Shown here: positions 36,078 to 48,161 of the stretch, piece after piece
How the letters are laid out: each line of letters opens with the position of its first letter
How positions within the stretch are numbered: position 1 is the stretch's first letter
Source: Mayamaea pseudoterrestris
Lineage: Eukaryota
NCBI GenBank assembly: GCA_027923505.1
Contig: BROI01000019.1
Location: 434,001-498,000, forward strand
Reading direction: 5' to 3'
Length of the DNA stretch: 64,000 nucleotides
The notes under the pieces: generated by a model
What the model was told of the DNA's origin: nothing
Databases searched by the model: none
What the model saw: the letters and a program-made list of their open reading frames with translations, nothing else
Made by a program: the position numbers and the translations under genes

Positions 36078-36436
36078 GATTGTATGAATTGTAAAGGTGC
36101 GATCTACTGGTTGCGCTTCCAGCTGCATCCATGGTTGCGCTGGTTCTCGCTCGAACTCTTCGAGTACCGGAACGATTCTCGCTCGATCTTATCAAGTACC
36201 GGAAGGACAAAGCGTGACTTCCATCCACATCTCGAAACTGCATTGCATTTCCTCACGTCGGATACTCAAGTAGTTCTATTTTGCTGTTTGCTCTTACAAC
36301 TGAATAAATACCTTTGCAGTTTGCTTGAAAGCATTCGCGACGATTACAAGTACCGTACTGTACTATACGCAGTCAAGTCGTTATCGCAAACTCCATCAGC
36401 TCCATCATCAGCTACATACAACATTCACATTACAAA

Positions 36437-37417
36437 ATGGATTTGGACAAGCTCTTTTCGCTGACAGACTACCAGTTGACGCCTGTCGCATTACAAACCG
36501 TTCATGCCAGCTCATCCATGCACGTTTGGTGCAGCAGGCAGGCCAGCACCGATTACTATCTAACGGGTCAAGTGCTGTGGCCCGTTTCCATCCTGACGAG
36601 TCACTATTTAATGCACGTATGTCAGCAACAAAACGATGATAATAAATCACAATGGCACGACAAAACGATTGTCGAACTGGGAGCCGGAGGCACGGCGCTG
36701 CCAAGTCTCATTGCGGCGCAATGCTCGCGCGCGAACACAATTGTTGCGACGGATGGCAACGACGATTTCGTCTTGGAGTTGCTGCGGAAAAATGTCGACT
36801 ATTTCAACAATGATCAGCGACAAGGCGCGTCGAGTGCAGCAACTTCCATTGAATCTACCGCTGCTACTGCTGCTACTGCGACTGCTATAGAGTTACGCAC
36901 TCAACTACTCGCGAAACAGCTCGTCTGGGGCAATGGCGCGCAAATACAGGCGCTGCTGCACGAAATCAAAGCGGTGGATATTGTGGTGGCGGCCGACGTG
37001 GTGCAGTGGCCGGCAGTGATCGAGCCGCTGCTGCATACCGTCAAGGCGCTGCTGTGGCGTAATAGTCATTGTCAGCAGCGGGAGCAGGCGCACGAGCAGG
37101 CGCAGGATCAACAGCAATCACCACCAGTCTTCATTCTTGGCATTGTCAATCGCGCCAGCAGTACCTACGACATGTTCTTTCGCTTGGCGCGACAGCTTGG
37201 ATTCAAATGGCGACAAGTACATGCCAGCGAGTATTTACAAGATGGCATTGTTCCTAAATCGTGCCAGGAGTTTGGGGGACGTGCGACCGAGATTGTGGAG
37301 CTAACGTTGCGCACGGATCAAACGGATGTTCCGGTGCTGCTGGCAGTCGACGGCAAAGCACCAAACGTCAAGACGACTGGAACGGGATATGAAAGTACCT
37401 TGGCGCTTCCTTGTTAG
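36437..37417 (+). CDS. Class I SAM-dependent protein methyltransferase (family 16 / METTL21-like)
   Basis: TGQVLWPVS, IVELGAGG, IVATDG, LVWG, DIVVAADVV. Confidence 0.88.
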   Translation: MDLDKLFSLTDYQLTPVALQTVHASSSMHVWCSRQASTDYYLTGQVLWPVSILTSHYLMHVCQQQNDDNKSQWHDKTIVELGAGGTALPSLIAAQCSRANTIVATDGNDDFVLELLRKNVDYFNNDQRQGASSAATSIESTAATAATATAIELRTQLLAKQLVWGNGAQIQALLHEIKAVDIVVAADVVQWPAVIEPLLHTVKALLWRNSHCQQREQAHEQAQDQQQSPPVFILGIVNRASSTYDMFFRLARQLGFKWRQVHASEYLQDGIVPKSCQEFGGRATEIVELTLRTDQTDVPVLLAVDGKAPNVKTTGTGYESTLALPC

Positions 37418-37465
37418 CGGGCGTGAAATGAGAAAAATGACAACCTGCTGCTGATCAAACCTCGT

Positions 37466-38893
37466 TTACAATCCACCAACATGCTCCACGTTGATTGCCG
37501 CGTACTCGCAACCATTGTTCTCACTATCTCTGGCGACACAGATTTGCTCCAGCGTCCACTGCAACTGCACTTGGTGGTATATGAGGGCTTTCAACAAGGC
37601 ACTCGCCGTTGCTGCATTTAGTTTGCCCAACGATCCATCCGATGACGTGCAGCCTCCAAGCAGGCGCGCCAACAATATGTCATTGTGCGTAAGGCCAACC
37701 ATGATCTTGTTCCCATCGGCGTGATCATGATTTGAATGCACGCACAATGTCAAGCGACCAAACGGAACGTCGATGCGCTCGTGTCGCGAATTATTCAGAC
37801 ATTTCACCAGGCGTGTAGCGAAAATATCAAAGTCATGTTGACTTGTAGACTTGGAAACTTGTAATTGCTCTTTATCGTTGAACTGTACTTGCAGCGAATG
37901 TATCGACGCTCGTATGGTCACTTGCTGCGGCTGCGAACAGTCTTCATGCTGCTGCTGCGTCAAGGAAAGCATGAACTGCGACTGCGCAGCGTCCAAGTGC
38001 TCCGCTTCTGTGCTTTTTGAATGGTTTACGATGGAATCCTCGTCCATTAAAACAATGCGCGTGTCACGAGTTGGTAGTAAGACAACGTTATCTTCGCAGA
38101 GGCCCGTCTTGACATAAAACATTTGCACCGCTTGACATGTAGATTGAGCAGTCTGCAGCAACGGCGTCCATTTGTCGAGTGAATCGACAAACGTTAGCGT
38201 CGTTTCGTCGTTCAAATCCTGGAGCAAGGCATACGTTTGCGACTTGCTGCCAATGAGTCGATGCTGCTGCTTCCGGCTCCGTGGACTATTGCTAACATGA
38301 GTCTGTACATCCAGGACGCGAGCACATGCATGGCTGACAATGCCATGAGATGATTGTAGCTCGGAGAGTGTCTGAAATCGACGTAATAGCGACAAGGCTG
38401 ATAGCGCCGCCGGTTGGTCTTGTCGCTGCTGCCGTCGGCTGTACCATTCGACGAGTCGCTCAATGCACGACGGATGAGTCGCCATGGATCCTGGATCAGC
38501 AAACGCAGCATGCTTCGTGTTGTTACTATACTCTTGAAAATCGTCTCCTTGTATTCTTCCTAGCACCGCATATGTCGAAGCTGGATCAAACGCATTTACA
38601 GCAAAGTGATAAATTCGCGTGCTAGCGGCAGCATACTCCTCGCTTGAAACTAACTTGACGCTATTCATCCTTACAACGTCTCCCACGACAATTGCTTGTT
38701 GTTGCTGCTGAATCTTGATGGATACGGCAAGTTTAGTTTCGGCAGTGATCGAGTCGTCACACAGCCAAAGGACATGGATTGGAAAGGGCGCCTTGGAGAC
38801 TGTCACGTCCATGACGACACCCAGCAAATCGACCGAAGTCTCTCCTATTGCAGTCTGAAGCACTTGACCAAGAGGCAATAGTTTAGAGCACAT
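37466..38893 (-). CDS. Hypothetical protein with probable N-terminal OB fold(s)
   Basis: 475-aa ORF; VDLLGVVMDV and VGDVVRMNSVKL resemble OB-fold strands of ssDNA-binding proteins. Function uncertain. Confidence 0.6.
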   Translation of the reverse strand: MCSKLLPLGQVLQTAIGETSVDLLGVVMDVTVSKAPFPIHVLWLCDDSITAETKLAVSIKIQQQQQAIVVGDVVRMNSVKLVSSEEYAAASTRIYHFAVNAFDPASTYAVLGRIQGDDFQEYSNNTKHAAFADPGSMATHPSCIERLVEWYSRRQQRQDQPAALSALSLLRRFQTLSELQSSHGIVSHACARVLDVQTHVSNSPRSRKQQHRLIGSKSQTYALLQDLNDETTLTFVDSLDKWTPLLQTAQSTCQAVQMFYVKTGLCEDNVVLLPTRDTRIVLMDEDSIVNHSKSTEAEHLDAAQSQFMLSLTQQQHEDCSQPQQVTIRASIHSLQVQFNDKEQLQVSKSTSQHDFDIFATRLVKCLNNSRHERIDVPFGRLTLCVHSNHDHADGNKIMVGLTHNDILLARLLGGCTSSDGSLGKLNAATASALLKALIYHQVQLQWTLEQICVARDSENNGCEYAAINVEHVGGL

Positions 38894-39262
38894 TGATAAG
38901 GAATAATTGAAGGCGATCTGGTATCGTCGTTAACTTTTTTGTTTGCGACGGAACAATCGGACGAGAGGATGCGATCCGATGGTTGGTTTCGGCGATACAT
39001 CGCATCGGTAATCATCTCGATCCGCCCCGCAGCTGCGTGAATATTGGCTTAGTTTGCGTCAATAGATTATATGAATGACTATCGCAAGGGGCGGGACGAC
39101 CAAGCGAAGAAAATGGCGACGCACTACTCATAAATTATAAATGCTTGTGACGAAGCGGCCAACACGCCAAGGCGGCGGAAGAAAAGAAGGCGTGTAATTG
39201 AACAGCGTACGACTATAAGATAGAATCAGTGAATATAACCAAAGTCAAGTAATTTATTATGT

Positions 39263-40891
39263 TTACGAACCCTTGTGAAACTTTTGCTTCAAATCCGCAC
39301 CAGCTCCACCAAAGACTGCGTTGAGGTGTGCCTTGTCCACGTGTCGGCCAGCGGATAGATCCTTATCTCGATCCCATTTCCACTTGTCACCCTTACTTTT
39401 GCCCAAAGCCGCCTCTTGGGCTTTCCTTTGACGATGCAGCTCCAAAAGGGCAGGTCCGCGTGACTCGTCATGAGCTTGATGAATGGCGTCAATCTCGGCC
39501 TGAATCTTAGGATCCTTGCGCTGTTTAACAGCAGTTGGGTCGTTCGTAGCAATGGCACCATCCGCTTGGAAACCACGACTCCGCATTGGCTGACCAGACT
39601 TGATGTTGCTGAGAAAGTCAAACTTGCCGGGGTCAACCATCCACTCCTCTCGTACCGTTTCGTCACGTGCACTCGGCGGCATAACGCCAGTCTTGGCGTA
39701 CTGCAAGTCGCCAGCACGCTTCTCCGCGGCACTTTTGATTGCTTCATCCGTCATGTCGTTGCTATGTGCAGTGCCGTATAATACAGGGCCTTCCTCATCG
39801 TCAGATTCATCTGCGGCAGGTGCTGCATATGTCTGCCCAGCATAATCCTCTGGATTCAACATTGGGCCAGCAATGCTCCGTCGGCCTTGGTTGTTTGCTA
39901 GCTCTTCGTCACGACAAACTCGTATAATATTCTTCAACAAAGAAGCTGCCAGCTCATGATTCACGTTGGGCAGTGCAAATCCCATGACGGCTTCAGTAGC
40001 ATCATTGACGCTCTCGTCATTGTCACTGTCGTCTTGCTCCATTTCCGATTTTTCCAAGCGACAGCTCTCAAACAACCTTTCCAACCCAATTCGAAGTTTT
40101 TCATTGGGTAAACCATCGAGAGCAATGCTTTCGCCTTCCAAGATCATGGTGCACAGACTAGCAAGTTCCTTGGTAAGTTGTTTCTCGTCGCGAAACGCGC
40201 GCAGCAAGTTTTGCGCGATTCGTTGGCACGATTCTCGAATCGAGTCTTCTGCAGTTTGAGTCTGCTTCCGCGCCGCATCTCGAGCTAGATCAGATTCGTA
40301 AGTTTCAATCGCTGCTTCCGTCAATCCCAACTGATCCAGCATGGCTCGAATGACTCGAATCAACACCAAATCATCCTTGGGACCTTTCCACTCCCAAACA
40401 TTGTCCGTTTCTCGACGCGCCACACCCAATGGCTGCATCGCTACAAAGACGGCTTCCAGACAGCTGGAAGCATGACGATTCGTCATTTGTGACAGGTTAA
40501 AGGACGCTCCGCCGCCCATGCGGATCAGCATGGAGACTAAATCGTCCACCAAGTCGGGGTGCGAACTGAACAGTTGACAGAGTGCATCGGCGAGAGCAAT
40601 GTTTCTTTGTAGCATATTATGAGACACCTCATCATCAGCATCATCATCTTTGGAGCGCCTGCGTTTCTTATCCTTCTTGTCTTTTGAATTGTCATGTTTA
40701 CGCTCTCGCTTGCGATCATGCTTCTTTCGTCGATGCCTGTCTTGGTCGTCGCTACTGCTGCTGTCATCACGCTGATGTCGTTTCCGCTTGCTCTTTCGCT
40801 CCTTGCTTCTTTTCTTACTATGTTTCTTTGACGTTCGCCTCTCGTGACGTTCACTACTTGACGATGATGACACGTCGTCGCGGCGGCCCAT
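39263..40891 (-). CDS. GPALPP1/DUF3752-like protein
   Basis: Lys/Arg/Ser-rich N-terminus; REEWM, RGPALLELH, WDRDKDL, LKQKF at the C-terminus. Confidence 0.8.
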   Translation of the reverse strand: MGRRDDVSSSSSSERHERRTSKKHSKKRSKERKSKRKRHQRDDSSSSDDQDRHRRKKHDRKRERKHDNSKDKKDKKRRRSKDDDADDEVSHNMLQRNIALADALCQLFSSHPDLVDDLVSMLIRMGGGASFNLSQMTNRHASSCLEAVFVAMQPLGVARRETDNVWEWKGPKDDLVLIRVIRAMLDQLGLTEAAIETYESDLARDAARKQTQTAEDSIRESCQRIAQNLLRAFRDEKQLTKELASLCTMILEGESIALDGLPNEKLRIGLERLFESCRLEKSEMEQDDSDNDESVNDATEAVMGFALPNVNHELAASLLKNIIRVCRDEELANNQGRRSIAGPMLNPEDYAGQTYAAPAADESDDEEGPVLYGTAHSNDMTDEAIKSAAEKRAGDLQYAKTGVMPPSARDETVREEWMVDPGKFDFLSNIKSGQPMRSRGFQADGAIATNDPTAVKQRKDPKIQAEIDAIHQAHDESRGPALLELHRQRKAQEAALGKSKGDKWKWDRDKDLSAGRHVDKAHLNAVFGGAGADLKQKFHKGS

Positions 40892-41189
40892 GGTTGCGAA
40901 ACGATCGGTTGTGTGATGATGAGATGCGTGCGAACAGCTGCACATCGTCCCAACGGGACAGGCAAGTACCGTTCCGACGTTTCATAAACAGCAAGAATGA
41001 AAAGGCGCGTGCCTCGTTAGGATCGCAATCTGACATCCACAAAATCGATTTGCAACCTGCGCATGACACAATTTCCACCGATTGCTTTGCTTTCCCTGCC
41101 TTTCATAAAGTGGCAAGACGAAAGAAGTATACAAATCAATCATGGGATATCCAAAGTTCAAGTAAGATCATACCGGGCGAGGCAATGTC

Positions 41190-42666
41190 ATGGCGTCGTT
41201 CGATCCGCTTCGTCTTCCGTCGTTCCTCATTCATTCTTCGCCCTCATCTCTCACTTTGTTCTTTGTTCCAATCTTCTCTACGTTCCCATTTCATTCACAG
41301 TCCACTCCGCGACGTCTTGTCGGGAGTCATCATGGCGGCAACCTCCATTCCCCAGCTCATTGCCTACGCCGAAACCGTCGGCTACGCTGGCCATCGCGGC
41401 TTGGCCACGGCCGGTCCTCCACTACTGGCCTGGGGCTTGGTCACTGGTAGTCCCTACTTGAACTGCGGTGTCACGAGCGTGACGGCGTTAATGTCAAAGT
41501 CTGATTTGAATGGTGAAGACTATGTTCAAGAGCATGGCGAGCAAGCGTACGTGGAACTCGTGGCGGCGTATTCGCTGGTGGTGGCAGTCGCGTCGATATT
41601 GCTGAGTGTTTCGGGGTTTGGTCGGCTGGCCAAGAATTGTCCGAAACCAGTGCAAGCTGGTTTCAAGTGGGGATGTGCTGTTGGAGTCTTGGTTAGTGCG
41701 CTTCCCAATGGGTTGTTTGCGAGTGGAGCCAAGGAACTAAAGCAGCTTGTTGGGAGTTCAAATGTATTGGCTGGCCTTGTGTCGCAGTTGAAAGGAAGCT
41801 TTCCAGGAGCAGTCAACGTCATTGGAATCATTTATGCTTTGACGCATCCAGTACTATGGTCCATTTACACGACAGTGTTGTTTCTTGGAGGCACCTACTT
41901 TATGATGCAAGGCAGCAAGAAGGTACTGCCAAAGGCTTGTCCGCCAGGAACAGACGTGCTATTAGTGACTGCCATTGCTACATTGTATAGCATGTACTTT
42001 ACCTATCCAGCCAGTATCGTTGGTGAAATTCCGGTTTTGGATTCAGATGTGGGCATCTTCATTGGACCCATTCGCATTCCGGTGCAGTTTTTGGATATCA
42101 AAAAACTTGTCACGGAGGTACCATTGGTAGACCAATTCGGCGGATCCTACATTCAGCTAGGCCTTTCGTCGCTGGTGTTTGCTGCCGTCAACTTCTTCTT
42201 CATCATGGGAACGACTTCTATTTTTGAAAGTGAGGATGGCATTGCATGGAGTCCGGCGCGTGAGCTCTTGTCGCAGGCCGCTAGCTGCGGCATGGCCGCC
42301 ATGGTTGGATCGGCACCCCAATCCGGCTCACTGTCGCGATCGTTGGTTTCGCGCATGACGGGCACGACGAGTCAATTGGCTTGCATTGTGACTGCTGTTT
42401 GCTGGATCTACTTGCAGCCGTACATGAGTATCATGTCGCCAACTCCCAAAGCTGCACTCAGTGCAGTCATTGTCGCTGCCGTCCTCCGTGGATGCGTCCA
42501 ACCCAAGGATTTGTTAAATCTTCAGGGACTTGATGCGATTGTCGGATGGATTGCTGGAATTACAACGTGTCTCACCAATCCTACGACAGGGTTTGGATTT
42601 GGACTTGTTGTATACTATGCGTTGCATTTTCTTTTTCCAACAAGTGACAAGAACAAGGTTGAATAA
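41190..42666 (+). CDS. SLC26/SulP anion transporter (5' end uncertain)
   Basis: LRDVLSGVIMAATSIPQLIAYA, GSLSRSLV, PKAALSAVIV; many TM segments. Start either 41185 or 41190 with a possible intron ~41219-41300. Confidence 0.85.
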
Positions 42667-42715
42667 ACACATGTTGAATTGATATACAAGCTAGTAAATA
42701 ATTTTCCTTGTACTG

Positions 42716-44292
42716 CTAGACATCTACTTTTGGCTTTCCGTTTTCGAAGGTTAACTCGGTGCGTGGAAGCTGCAGTTCCAGGTGGTCATATGCCAGCTGC
42801 ACCATTGTCCGTCCACTGATTGCACTCTCGGCTTCGTCCATAATAGCCATTTCCGCAGCACGTGTGACAGGACCACTGCCAATGTGATTTAAGAGTAAGC
42901 ATTTAGCGCGAACCGCATCAGCCACTTTGGCAGCCGCTGCTGCCGTCGAGTGACCGCCATTGTCAATCTTGTCGCCAGTGTCACTTTCCAGAAACGTTGC
43001 CTCGTGGACCATTACGTCCACATTTTCGCACAATGCACGCATTGGCGATGGTACATGGAAACAATCACCTAAAAACGCAGCGGATCGCGATGGCGGACGT
43101 TCTCCGACCAATACTTCGTCCGGCTCAACCTGTCGTGAGCCGTCGTCACTCATGACTGGAAATCCGTTTTTCAATAGCTTGTACTTTCGCCCAGGCCGGA
43201 TTCCAGCAGCCAATGCCTTCTCCTTGTCAATACTTCGCGGCTGGGTATAAGGCTCCCGAAAGACATATCCAAAACATTGGAGCTTTGGTACATGATGCAC
43301 CTCGGCCGCGTAAATGTACTCGCCTTGCGGTGCATCTCTCGCCTTTGCATCCTCCTCGGTTTCAATTTCAGCCGCTTTCGCTATCGTCCATGTTCCATCG
43401 GCATTCTGTGGAATAGTGCGGCGTTGCAACCCGCGATGCCGAAACTCGCTGTAGGTTCGAGTCGCCCCAGGGTGCTGCATTCGCCTGGAACCGCCAAGTA
43501 ACTCATATACTTGAACAGACAGGTAGCTTAGTTCGCAAGACGTCAAGCTCAAGCTACTCGCAATGTAATTGTAAATTCCGACTGGACCGTACACTTGCAC
43601 AGTCCGGCGTTGTGGTTGTTTGCTAACTTTGGCGCTAATTTGAAGGCTGAGTAACATACCAGGAAGCCCAAAAATATGGTCTCCATGCATGCTATAAGTT
43701 AAATATTGATCGTGTCAGAGTGAAATGAAGCTTAACAATGCATTCAAATCTTTCACCATCAACTTACTGGGTGACTATTGACGATGAGAGAAGAAAGCAT
43801 GCATTGTCAGAAACAAACACATCGCAACACAGAATCGATACTCCAACCTTACACAAACTCACTAAAGATCTTTGTAACTTTCGCTCCACTCAATTTTGAT
43901 TTCATAATCTGCAGTTGCACTCCTTCGCCTGCATCAATCAAGTAAACGTTTCCGCCTCGTCGCAAGGCAGTGGCCGCATTGGAACGCTTCGGCGTTGGCT
44001 TGCCGGCACCCGTTCCAAGAAAGATTAACGACATGCCAGTGTCTCTACTTTGGTCAATGGCGTCATTGTCATTTAAATTTGGTGCTAATGACGGACGAAG
44101 GTGCTGCCGTAGATGCGGATTGATGATCCAATCGTCGTATGGTTCCTTGCTATAGCTGCTGCTGCTTCGACGAGCAGGCGCTGTCGCCCAGCCATGGCAT
44201 GGTCCAATTGTTGAAAATAGCGTTACACGGGAACAAGTAACTAGTCTATAGAGATGTGAAACATTTCCTGCTATTCGAGCAGTGCGTCTCAT
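42716..44292 (-). CDS. Ribonuclease Z (short-form tRNase Z), probably organelle-targeted
   Basis: FLGTGAGKP, LIDAGEG, IFITHMHGDH (rebuilt across exons 44292-43863, 43774-43768, 43691-42716), PGRKYKLLK exosite, HEATF, HST, LNH. Confidence 0.93.
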
Positions 44293-44991
44293 GGTTGTTT
44301 TGCTTTTCAAGATAGCTTCTAGCAAGTGTGACATGATCGGCCATGGTCGTCGCGCATTGCCAAAGTGATGGTTCCGAGGAATGTCTTAGCGGCAATCGCG
44401 TGACTCACGGAATCGCTCGCGGTCGAATCGGGTGGCTTCGGGACGGTCGCCATCACACAACGCAACTGCCTCACCCGCAGTGCGTCCTCTCCTTTCGCTT
44501 TTCCTTTTCCTCCTCAACAAGGGTACATTTGACCCCTTGTCCTTTTTTAATTGTAGTCAAGAACCATCACGTGAGTGACGGCGATTGAATGACGAATTAT
44601 TGGAGAAGGAATTGTCACGGAGATGGCGCTGCAGCGCCGATGACGTTTCGACGGACGGACGGCCATGGCGGGTCTCGTCGTTCCGTTTATTCTCGTCGTC
44701 TTTCATAGAGTGCTGCAACTATAACAAGTCCAGTACTAACTGTGATCTCTTTTTGCTATTTGCAGCCGCTAAAAGACAAGAGACGATCAAGGAGAGAGGA
44801 GTCTTTTAACACTCCAATTTGGAGTCGGCTGCACTGACCCCCAGCGGTCACCCCCTTTTTACTCTTTTCCTCTGGCTGCCTCGACGATTGTGAATTACTG
44901 CTCCGTTCACAAGAATAGTACAACCAGAGACTCTACTTGCTTCTCTCTGCTCAACAACATCATATCCGACGAAAAGTCAGATCCCGCCAGC

Positions 44992-46655
44992 ATGGCGAGT
45001 TCGACTGTCACCATGCTGCGGCCCCCTCCAGCTGCTGCTGGTCCGCCTCCAAAGAATGTTTCACCACCTCCAAAAGGCTTTGCCAAGCCTCCTCCACCAC
45101 CAAGGGCTCCGCCGCCGCCTCCAGCTCGATCTCCTGCGAGTTTGTCAAAGGTGCCGCCTCCGCCGCCGGTCAAGAAGCAGAGTTCTCCTGCTCCCCCTCC
45201 GCCGCCACCGCCACGAGCACTACAGGTGAAGCGATCGCCTCCTCCTGCACCAGCCGATGCAAGCAAGCGCTTGCGTCATGCTTCATTGGCAATCAAGGCT
45301 CCGGTGGAGTTGCGCGACGTCAATGTCTTTATTCGGCAGCATCAAGTCGGCCAGGGAACGTATGGTTCAGTCTTTGTCGGATCGGACCGTTTAACCCTTG
45401 AAGTGGTTGCGCTCAAGCGCATTAATACCAATCAGGAGGAGAATGGCTTTCCAATTACTGCACTTCGGGAAGTCAAGATTCTCAAGGCTTTGAACCACAA
45501 GAATATTGTGCGACTGCAAGAAATTGTGACTTCCAAAGGTTAGTATCTGTTGGCAGGGACTGGAGTGTTGGAATCATGTCGTTTGTTTGCGTGCCTGATT
45601 GTTGGCGGATCAAAGTTTCGTGCGTCCACTCTATGTTTCCATGGTGGCTTCTGCACAGTTCTATTCGCCGAAAGTGTCGTGCAGGTTTACTATCACGGAT
45701 CGTTGCCACTTTTTTGGACGCTTTGTATAAAACTTTTGCTACAGTTTTGTTCGTATTCGTGTCGTCATGGTTTCGCTTGATGACTACGTCTCATGTTTGT
45801 TTGATTCGAACAACAGAGGGCCAAAATGAGATTCCCAAGAATGTGTTCATGGTCTTTGAGTACCTGGAATACGACTTGACTGGAATTCTCGAGACCCCTG
45901 AGATTCGTTTCTCGCAAGATCACATCAAGAGCTGGTCGCAACAGCTCTTGGCCGGAGTGCACTACATGCACACCAACAAGGTTATTCATCGTGACCTCAA
46001 GGCGTCAAATTTGCTTGTGAACAAGGACGGCGAGTTGAAGATTGCTGATTTGGGTCTGGCTCGAACCTGGAACTCGGAAATGAAGCGACTCACGCACAAG
46101 GTTGTGACGCTCTGGTATCGTCCGCCGGAGCTCTTGCTCGGATGCATGGAATACACGCCAAAGATTGACATGTGGTCAGTCGGCTGTATTATTGCCGAAA
46201 TGTTTCGTCGATCAGGCTTTCTCAAGGGCTCGAACGAAGCGACGCAGTTGGACCTCATTTTCCGCACGGTTGGCCACCCTACCAAGGAGAATTGGCCCAA
46301 TGTTGACAAGACGTGCCGCCTTTGGAAGCAGTTTAAGCCTTCTGCGGGCACTTCTTTGTTCCCAAACCGTCTGACGGAAGCACTCAAGACCAACTTGCCG
46401 AATCCAAAATGGATGACGGACCATGCGGTGGCGCTCATCACGCATTTGCTGACCATGGATCCTGATGCACGTTGGTCAGCCGAGCAAGCCTTGGACGCGG
46501 AGTACTTCTTCGAGATGCCTGTTGTCAAGCCTCCCGATCAGCTCTCCATGAATTTTTCGGTCAAGACGGTGCATGAATGGGAATGTCGCAAAAAGTACGA
46601 GCAGCTCATGGCCGCGCGCAAGTCGCAACCACCCCCTCCGCCGTCTCGTAATTGA
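44992..46655 (+). CDS. Cyclin-dependent kinase, C-type (CDK9/12-like)
   Basis: GQGTYG, PITALRE, HRDLKASN, VVTLWYRPPELLLG; intron 45539-45816; Pro-rich N-terminus (start uncertain). Confidence 0.93.
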
Positions 46656-47024
46656 GTCGACATTCTTGAAACCATATAAAAAACTTGCGTGTTCCTCTTG
46701 ATTGTGCCCTGTGACCGTCTCCCTTCATTCCTCTTCCAAACTCTACAAAAACTTACAAAAATGGCTTTTGCCTCTTTCACTGCGCTATGCGCAGTAATTC
46801 CAAATAACTACTCTATCTATTATATATTCATTCGTCTGTTGACTTTTATACCTTGTTCAGTTCCCTGGAAGTGTAATTTCAGGTATTACACCGTATGCAA
46901 GGTAAACATGCAGTGTTGTGCCATGGATACTCTAGCCAGCACTACTGTATTTGATAATATGTTTTACTTATTTACTTGTTTGACATTATGTATGTACCGG
47001 GATTAAATAAACAACTGTTTCTTT

Positions 47025-48161
47025 TTAATTCTTGTCAGCGTCGTCCTTCTTGTCCTTGCTGTCACGCTCATTGCGCGGAACAAAGCGACCAGACTCGTCA
47101 AACATTTCCAGCGTCGGCATGCGGTCGTTGGACGCTTGCGAAATAAAGGGGACCCTGTCGGGCGTAATGCCCAGCAGCGAGCTGACAGTGGCGTATCCAA
47201 TCACCGCTAGCAGCGTCAAAAAGAGCGCATTGTTGGCCAACACGACGGCACCAGCGGGTAGCGTAAAACCAACACCCGACGCCACCAAGGAGTATAGACC
47301 AGCGATCAAACCGGGAAAGAAGAGAGCAATGTCGAGGAAAATAGCCTGCTGCATGTTGAATCGAATCAAGCGGTTAATGGACGGATTGCCGCTGAAAAAC
47401 GACAAGGAGAGGAACGCGATGAACCCACTGAATGGAACGCTGCGATATAACGTGTACAGTAGACCAAGCGCAACCGCTAGTGGGTTATCCAAGTTTTCCA
47501 AGACCAGAAAGCGTCCGTAGGCGAGACTGTCCATGAGCGGAAAGAGGTAAGGCAATACCGATAAGATCTTGTCCTTGGTGGTCGGTTCTCGGTCGTTCAA
47601 GACTTCCATTTGCGCCTGAATAAACTTGAGTGTCTCCTCCTCCTTCTTGGCCATCTTGGCTGCCTCAATAGCATTCGCCTTTTCGTCACGAATAATTGCA
47701 TCAAGCTTGTTTCGCAGCTGATCCAACGAGACAAACTCGTTCGGTTGCAGAGCACCATCGCCCGACTGATCAAAGTTCTGCATGAGCTTTCTCACTTGTC
47801 GTTCCGGTAACTCCTTTTTGAAAATCTTTTCCAAACCATCCTTAAGCTCCTCAACCGTAATTTGTCCATCTTGGTTCGTGTCGAATCTTTCAAACGCCTT
47901 TTGAGCCGCCTCGGCGACGCGATCGGCTTGTTGAGATTCCAAGGCGGCTGCTTCGGCTCGAAGCTTGGCGGCCATTTGCTTGAGCCTGTCTATTTCGGAT
48001 TCATTGTCAACTATGCTTTCGGATGCATACAAGCGGGATGTTCGTGATTGTGATGGCGACGCAAAGCTTAGACTCGTCTTTGTGAGCGTGTGTGGCGCGA
48101 CGGAGAAGGCAAAGGCCGTGCTTGGAAGCAACGCGAGGAGGACTGATCGGCTGAATTTCAT
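47025..48161 (-). CDS. Plastid-targeted EF-hand + Tic20-like membrane protein
   Basis: Signal AFA-F; EF loops DTNQDGQITVEE and DQSGDGALQPNE; LPYLFPLMD, RLIRFNMQQAIFLDI. Confidence 0.88.
   Translation of the reverse strand: MKFSRSVLLALLPSTAFAFSVAPHTLTKTSLSFASPSQSRTSRLYASESIVDNESEIDRLKQMAAKLRAEAAALESQQADRVAEAAQKAFERFDTNQDGQITVEELKDGLEKIFKKELPERQVRKLMQNFDQSGDGALQPNEFVSLDQLRNKLDAIIRDEKANAIEAAKMAKKEEETLKFIQAQMEVLNDREPTTKDKILSVLPYLFPLMDSLAYGRFLVLENLDNPLAVALGLLYTLYRSVPFSGFIAFLSLSFFSGNPSINRLIRFNMQQAIFLDIALFFPGLIAGLYSLVASGVGFTLPAGAVVLANNALFLTLLAVIGYATVSSLLGITPDRVPFISQASNDRMPTLEMFDESGRFVPRNERDSKDKKDDADKN

Noticed and set aside
28813..37417. Biosynthetic gene cluster (PPCS + FAAL-ACP + methyltransferase)
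   Set aside because: PPCS is housekeeping, the methyltransferase is a protein-methylating type and Snu114 lies in between; adjacency alone is not evidence without synteny or co-expression.
40582..41184. 200-aa N-terminal extension of the SLC26 ORF
   Set aside because: Starts at a non-ATG codon and overlaps the GPALPP1-like gene antisense; likely a chance open frame.
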